This document shows, piece by piece, positions 59,328-64,000 of a DNA stretch of 64,000 nt. A program made the position numbers and the translations under genes. How positions within the stretch are numbered: position 1 is the stretch's first letter; every line of letters starts with the position of its first letter. The stretch lies in the IMG/VR virus record IMGVR_UViG_3300036770_004143, positions 62,001 through 126,000 of that record; one strand, given 5' to 3'. The notes below the pieces were generated by a model that was given only the letters and a program-made list of their open reading frames with translations, was not told the DNA's origin and did no database searches.

Positions 59328-59933
59328 ATGAAAAAAATAATATATGCACTAGTTGCAGTATCAACTGTTGACTTGTTACAAATGACAAGTAATACCAAAT
59401 TTCAAAAAAATGAAATTAATGAAATAAAAATAACCAGTCAAAAAGTTCTAAAGAATAAGGATGCCAAATTATTATTCTTATATCTTGAGATAATTGAAAA
59501 TGGTATCAAACATCCTGATATTGTTTTAGCACAAGCAATATTGGAAAGTGGTTATCTATCAAGCCAAATATTCATTGAGAATAAAAACCTATTTGGGATG
59601 AGATTTCCTGAAAGAAGGCCAACAGTTGCCTTATCAAAGAATAGGGGGTATTCTGTTTATGATTGCTGGACAGATAGTGTTAAGGATTATAAGTTGTTCC
59701 AGGATTTTCTATTTAGAAGAAAAGAAAAGACAAGAGATGAATATTTTGATTACTTAAATAGAATTTATGCAGAGGATCCAAATTATGTGCCATTCTTAAA
59801 AAAAGTTATTGAGGATAATAAGATTATCATAGAGTCCAATTTAGATTTATATAAAGAATTCAAAAACAACACAGAAACATATGAATATAATGAAAAAATA
59901 TGTGAATTAGCAAAACCAATAAAAATAGTTTAA
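59328..59933 (+). CDS. GH73 glucosaminidase-like peptidoglycan hydrolase
   Basis: IVLAQAILESG..NKNLFGM..Y.VYDCWTDSVKDY..YAEDPNY; hydrophobic N-terminus; TATCTTTG at 59303-10. Confidence 0.75.
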   Translation: MKKIIYALVAVSTVDLLQMTSNTKFQKNEINEIKITSQKVLKNKDAKLLFLYLEIIENGIKHPDIVLAQAILESGYLSSQIFIENKNLFGMRFPERRPTVALSKNRGYSVYDCWTDSVKDYKLFQDFLFRRKEKTRDEYFDYLNRIYAEDPNYVPFLKKVIEDNKIIIESNLDLYKEFKNNTETYEYNEKICELAKPIKIV

Positions 59934-59969
59934 TGATATTGTTATATTTATATATATAATATATAAATT

Positions 59970-61256
59970 ATGATTTATGAAAATAAACTTTATGCCCCCA
60001 TCAAGAACTATAGCCCAAGTATTATAACTTCAAAATATAATGAAGTTAGAAAAAATAAGCAACACAAAGGTCTTGATTTGGGTGTACAATCTGGAACACA
60101 AGTATTAGCACCCCAGGATGGGACAATTAAAACTAGCCAAATAACCCAAGGTAATTGTGGTGGTTTGATTGAAATAACACATGCTGACAATATAACAACA
60201 AGATATTGTCATTTAAAAAAGATAGATGTTAGACCAGGTCAAACTGTTAAAGCTGGACAAGTGATTGGTTTGAGTGGTGGTGCAGCAAATGATTTTGGAA
60301 AAGGACTATCAACAGGCGCTCATTTGCATTTTGAAGTTCTTGTTGGAAACCAATTTGTTGATCCAGAAAAATATCTATCAGGACAAGCAGCTACTTTTAC
60401 AGGAGACACATCAAGTAATTCTTATAATTTAAGCAATGATGGAAGTACATCTTCCTCATCAAAAAGTTATATTGCAGGAGATGGAAGTACAAGTTCATCA
60501 CAAAAAACATATAATATGTATAACCCAAATAAAGAAGCAGTTGTTCCTGAATCAATTAAAAATGATGTTAAAAATATTAAAGAATATTATAAAAAATTAA
60601 ACATACCAATTCTTTTGGAATATAATTTATTTGAACCAAATGAATTAACAAAACTTGGTGAAAAATTAGTTGATTCATTTAGTAAAAAAAGTAATAAAGA
60701 ATTTTCAGATAATTACACCTACCAGCCAATTGGCACAGAGTTTAGATGCCAGTTTAGTAGATGTGAAACCACTAAAAAAGGAAATTGCTATCTAACAGAG
60801 ATATACTATGATAATAGTACTCATTATATTGAAGTATGTGCTGATAACTTTGAACTAAAAAATAGAGTTGCAAGGAAAAATGATATTATTGCAAATATTA
60901 AATCAAATGATGATAATTATAGTGTAACTATATCAAGGGGACTTAGTACAAAAGTTGAATTAGTTAAGGGTGGTACTAGAGAAAAGAAACCATATAAATT
61001 CACATATGGGGGGACATCCTCCTCATCAAAAACATATAAACTAGGAAATGGTGATACTAGTATGTCAAGAAAGACTTATAGCCTTGGGAAAGGGAAAACA
61101 AGTTCTTCAAAAGAACCCTATGCTTTAGGTAGGGGTGGTACAGATATGTCAAGTAAGAGTTATGATATGCCTGGAAAAAGTGATAAAATTTTATCAAATG
61201 AAACATATAATTTAGATGTTAAAAATGAAATAAATAGAATACGCCAAATTTTATAA
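59970..61256 (+). CDS. M23 family metallopeptidase with Ser/Gly-rich repeats
   Basis: HKGLD, TRYCHL, VKAGQVIGLSG, STGAHLHFEV. Confidence 0.88.
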   Translation: MIYENKLYAPIKNYSPSIITSKYNEVRKNKQHKGLDLGVQSGTQVLAPQDGTIKTSQITQGNCGGLIEITHADNITTRYCHLKKIDVRPGQTVKAGQVIGLSGGAANDFGKGLSTGAHLHFEVLVGNQFVDPEKYLSGQAATFTGDTSSNSYNLSNDGSTSSSSKSYIAGDGSTSSSQKTYNMYNPNKEAVVPESIKNDVKNIKEYYKKLNIPILLEYNLFEPNELTKLGEKLVDSFSKKSNKEFSDNYTYQPIGTEFRCQFSRCETTKKGNCYLTEIYYDNSTHYIEVCADNFELKNRVARKNDIIANIKSNDDNYSVTISRGLSTKVELVKGGTREKKPYKFTYGGTSSSSKTYKLGNGDTSMSRKTYSLGKGKTSSSKEPYALGRGGTDMSSKSYDMPGKSDKILSNETYNLDVKNEINRIRQIL

Positions 61257-61257
61257 A

Positions 61258-61491
61258 ATGAAAAAATTCTTTAAATCATTATTAACAGCAAATGGTGATA
61301 TATCAAGCAAACGATCAATAGGTATTTCTGCTGCAATGACTATCATATTTGCATCAATTGTTGATTTGTTTTCAGACTTCACAATAACTAATTATGTATT
61401 TGAAGGCCTTGTTTGGTTGGCTATTGCTGGATTAGGTTTTGTTGCTAGTGAAAAGTTTGCAGAGGTATTCAATTCAAAGAAGAATAGTTAG
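61258..61491 (+). CDS. Small membrane protein, possible holin
   Basis: Two hydrophobic segments after ISSKR; follows cell-wall hydrolase genes. Confidence 0.5.
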   Translation: MKKFFKSLLTANGDISSKRSIGISAAMTIIFASIVDLFSDFTITNYVFEGLVWLAIAGLGFVASEKFAEVFNSKKNS

Positions 61492-63098
61492 TTTGCAAAA
61501 CAAAATAAATTTCTACTTTGTATATACCTCAAATCTCTTGTTTTAAAATTAGGTGGTAGTTGAAGAACTATAGCAACACCTCTACCTTGTTGACCAGTTT
61601 GACCACTATCTATTTTAATCTTCCAATCATTTGTTTTTTCTATATATTTTGGTCCATCAATTATTAAACCTTTTATATTATCAAAAGTCCTTTTTATCTT
61701 TTCAAGATCTCCTTCAACAATTTTTTTAGTAGCCTCAATTATTATATCAATTATTTCTTCTAAAAATTTCTTAAAAAAATTTATATCAGAACCATAATCA
61801 TTAAGAAAACCACTTTCTTTAATGTTTTTTAATATTTTTGGAATGTTTGGTTCTAATATTCTTGTAATATGGAGTGTGTTATTCTTTTTACTACTTGTAA
61901 TATCATCTATTTTGAAATATTTTAATTCAATAATATCACCTTTAACTAAAACTTCACTTTTTTCTTCCATACATAATGAAACAGGGTTATCCACCATTAT
62001 ATCACCTTTTGTCATTTTATTATGTTCTTCAATTTCTAAAAAAACAGAGTTTTTGAAAATTAATTCAATTTTATTTTTAATATCTTTATTTGAAGAAATA
62101 CAATTACTATAAACATTATTTTGTTCATAACAATTTTTATAAAATTCTTTAATATTTTTACTTGATAACATTATTTTAATTGTGTCAGCATAAGCTAAAT
62201 AAACTTTATTTTTTACTGTATTCTCACTATTTGCTTCACCTACTGCTTCAATATACAAAGCACCATTCAAATCAGCTAATGTGCTTATTTGGTAATTAAC
62301 ATTACCTTTATATGATATAAATTGATTTGAATGTTCAAATCTTTTTTCAAATTTAAAAGCATCAGTTGTCTCTCTTTTATGTGTCAATCCACAAAGTAAT
62401 TTATCAATTGGTGTTGTTTTTTCGGTACAATCGTAAGAATAACTTGTACTTTTAGGTAATTCTTCTGAATCAAAATTTATTTGATAATCCACATATGTAT
62501 TATATATTAAATTTTTTTCCTTACCTGCTTCAAGACTCATTAAACTTGTTTTATCATTTAGATAAAAAGAATCATCATACATATTAACTAAATTCCTATA
62601 TGAATAAAAATTAGGTTCATTTATTGATATCTTTCTTTCTCTATTTATAAAGAAATTTGTAAATATATCAATATGAAGTGATACAAAATCATCAAACAAA
62701 CCATCATCTCTTTTTTCTACACTTAATAGATTAGTAAAAATTTGACTAATATATATATTCATAAATTTAGGAAGACTACTACAATAAAATTCAGCATTTA
62801 ATTGGATTGATTCATTATCTAAATTTGATTTTTTTGATTTTTTTGATTTTTTTAATTGCTCTGTTGCTTTATCACAATCACTAAAATTTTTAAAATCAAT
62901 AGATTTTAACTCAACATTTGGCTCTAAATATGATATAATTCTATTTTCTAATTTAGTTTTACTATTATTTGGTACTATATCTTTAAATTTACCTTGTACA
63001 CAATCATATACAAATTGAAACTCATCTGGTGTAATATATTTATGTTTCACACGTTTGCTATTACCCTCATCTAATCTAAATAAATTAAAACTATTCAT
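61488..63098 (-). CDS. Hypothetical protein
   Basis: 536-aa ORF, no recognised motif. Confidence 0.6.
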   Translation of the reverse strand: MNSFNLFRLDEGNSKRVKHKYITPDEFQFVYDCVQGKFKDIVPNNSKTKLENRIISYLEPNVELKSIDFKNFSDCDKATEQLKKSKKSKKSNLDNESIQLNAEFYCSSLPKFMNIYISQIFTNLLSVEKRDDGLFDDFVSLHIDIFTNFFINRERKISINEPNFYSYRNLVNMYDDSFYLNDKTSLMSLEAGKEKNLIYNTYVDYQINFDSEELPKSTSYSYDCTEKTTPIDKLLCGLTHKRETTDAFKFEKRFEHSNQFISYKGNVNYQISTLADLNGALYIEAVGEANSENTVKNKVYLAYADTIKIMLSSKNIKEFYKNCYEQNNVYSNCISSNKDIKNKIELIFKNSVFLEIEEHNKMTKGDIMVDNPVSLCMEEKSEVLVKGDIIELKYFKIDDITSSKKNNTLHITRILEPNIPKILKNIKESGFLNDYGSDINFFKKFLEEIIDIIIEATKKIVEGDLEKIKRTFDNIKGLIIDGPKYIEKTNDWKIKIDSGQTGQQGRGVAIVLQLPPNFKTRDLRYIQSRNLFCFAN

Positions 63099-63118
63099 AA
63101 ATTTTTACAATTTTTTAT

Positions 63119-63132
63119 ATATTTATAAATAT
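63119..63132. promoter_or_regulatory. Overlapping bidirectional late-type motif
   Basis: Palindrome ATATTTATAAATAT between divergent genes. Confidence 0.5.
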
Positions 63133-63175
63133 AACAATATTGTTATATCTAAACATTTTTTTAAAAAAAAACAAA

Positions 63176-63397
63176 ATGACAAAAGAACAAATCTTAGGAG
63201 TTGTTAGGCATTTACTTACATTCTTTGGTGGTATTTTGGTTACAAAAGGTCTTATTGATGAAACAATTGTAACAGAAATAATTGGTGGTCTTTCCACTTT
63301 AATTGGTGCTATATGGTCTTTTATTGCTAAGACGCCAATTTTAGCACCTACTGAAACACCTGTTGAAACTCCAAAAGTTGCAAAAAAAGGTAAATAA
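63176..63397 (+). CDS. Putative holin (Pam3-gp28-like)
   Basis: MTKEQILGVVRHLLTFFGGILVTKG..IIGGLSTLIGAIWSF two-TM pattern. Confidence 0.6.
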   Translation: MTKEQILGVVRHLLTFFGGILVTKGLIDETIVTEIIGGLSTLIGAIWSFIAKTPILAPTETPVETPKVAKKGK

Positions 63398-63415
63398 TCA
63401 AATTTACCAAAATAG

Positions 63416-63446
63416 AAAAGGGCTTATATCACTATAAGCCCTTTTT
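63416..63446. terminator. Bidirectional terminator
   Basis: aaaagggcttata-tcac-tataagcccttttt between convergent genes. Confidence 0.8.
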
Positions 63447-64000
63447 TTATAAGTTAAATGCTTTTAAGGAGTATTTAAATGGATTCCCAGGTATTTGCTT
63501 AATCTCATTAAGCATCTGTTCAACAACATCACCAATTTCATATTGTGATGGTGAATCTAAACATCTTTTCTTATATATCTGTACAAACCCATCAAATGAT
63601 AGAAATTTATTGCTATTTAATTGTGAATTATACATCTTGAAGAACCTAGATGATTCTTTTGCCCTTGCTTTTGACATCCCTGCCTCAACCAAATCTTTAA
63701 AGCAATTATGATACATTTTATTTAACTTCTCACTTTGAGCATTTAATGTATCATACCAGAATTTACCCTTATCACCAAATTCAAGCCAATCTTTTGGTAA
63801 GTAGAATTTATCCTCTTTCAATTCCTTGTATCTTGCTGACTCTGCATTCTCAGCTAATAATGCCACAGAATGCTTCAAAAATTGAATGTGAGTGGCTATC
63901 TCTGTTGTGGTGACAAAGTGTAGGGAACTAAATCTAAATGGTGAATTATGCCCTTCCTGTCCCAAATAAAATAATAGTTGTTCCACATTCCTAATCTTCT
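63447..64000 (-). CDS. thyX: Flavin-dependent thymidylate synthase (5' end outside window)
   Basis: GHNSPF, LKHS..ENAESARY, ARAKESSRFF, QYEI motifs; frame open to window end. Confidence 0.7.
   Translation of the reverse strand, partial: KIRNVEQLLFYLGQEGHNSPFRFSSLHFVTTTEIATHIQFLKHSVALLAENAESARYKELKEDKFYLPKDWLEFGDKGKFWYDTLNAQSEKLNKMYHNCFKDLVEAGMSKARAKESSRFFKMYNSQLNSNKFLSFDGFVQIYKKRCLDSPSQYEIGDVVEQMLNEIKQIPGNPFKYSLKAFNL

Noticed and set aside
1-64000. Stop-codon reassignment as in some large phages
   Set aside because: Conserved genes are full length in code 11; TAG and TGA end real genes and the tmRNA tag
1-64000. Bacterial chromosome or prophage origin
   Set aside because: No ribosomal or core housekeeping operons and no integrase or att site; host-like genes are interspersed with a T4-like head module, as in large lytic phages

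Overview
A 64 kb AT-rich segment of a large T4-like (Caudoviricetes) bacteriophage genome, read in the standard genetic code. The host is probably a Bacteroidota member: TTTG-N19-20-TAnnTTTG promoters, a GNT...AA tmRNA tag, a DUF4494-like gene and AT-rich leaders point that way. Left arm (minus strand): a LamG-like protein and a Nal1-like serine protease, each on a long Thr/Pro mucin-like stalk with a Gly-rich C-terminal domain and a small paralogous partner gene. These are followed by a GT60-type protein GlcNAc-transferase, three methyltransferases and a PLOD-like glycosyltransferase. Plus-strand block: WYL protein, five glycosyltransferases, UDP-galactopyranose mutase, cytidylyltransferase, dUTPase, 3'-5' exonuclease, PhoH, a sigma-like factor and baseplate genes. 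Minus-strand head module: terminase, portal, prohead protease, scaffold and major capsid protein. Right end: a proteostasis cluster (Hsp20 and ClpC-like ATPase around three 31-bp-spaced palindromes, a metallopeptidase, tmRNA), lysis genes and a partial thyX. The most distinctive items are (i) an 11-member family of small LRR-like solenoid proteins in three arrays with conserved caps, a conserved junction sequence and signs of recombinational shuffling, and (ii) a candidate phage mucin-type protein O-glycosylation locus. All assignments come from motif recognition by eye; no database searches were run.
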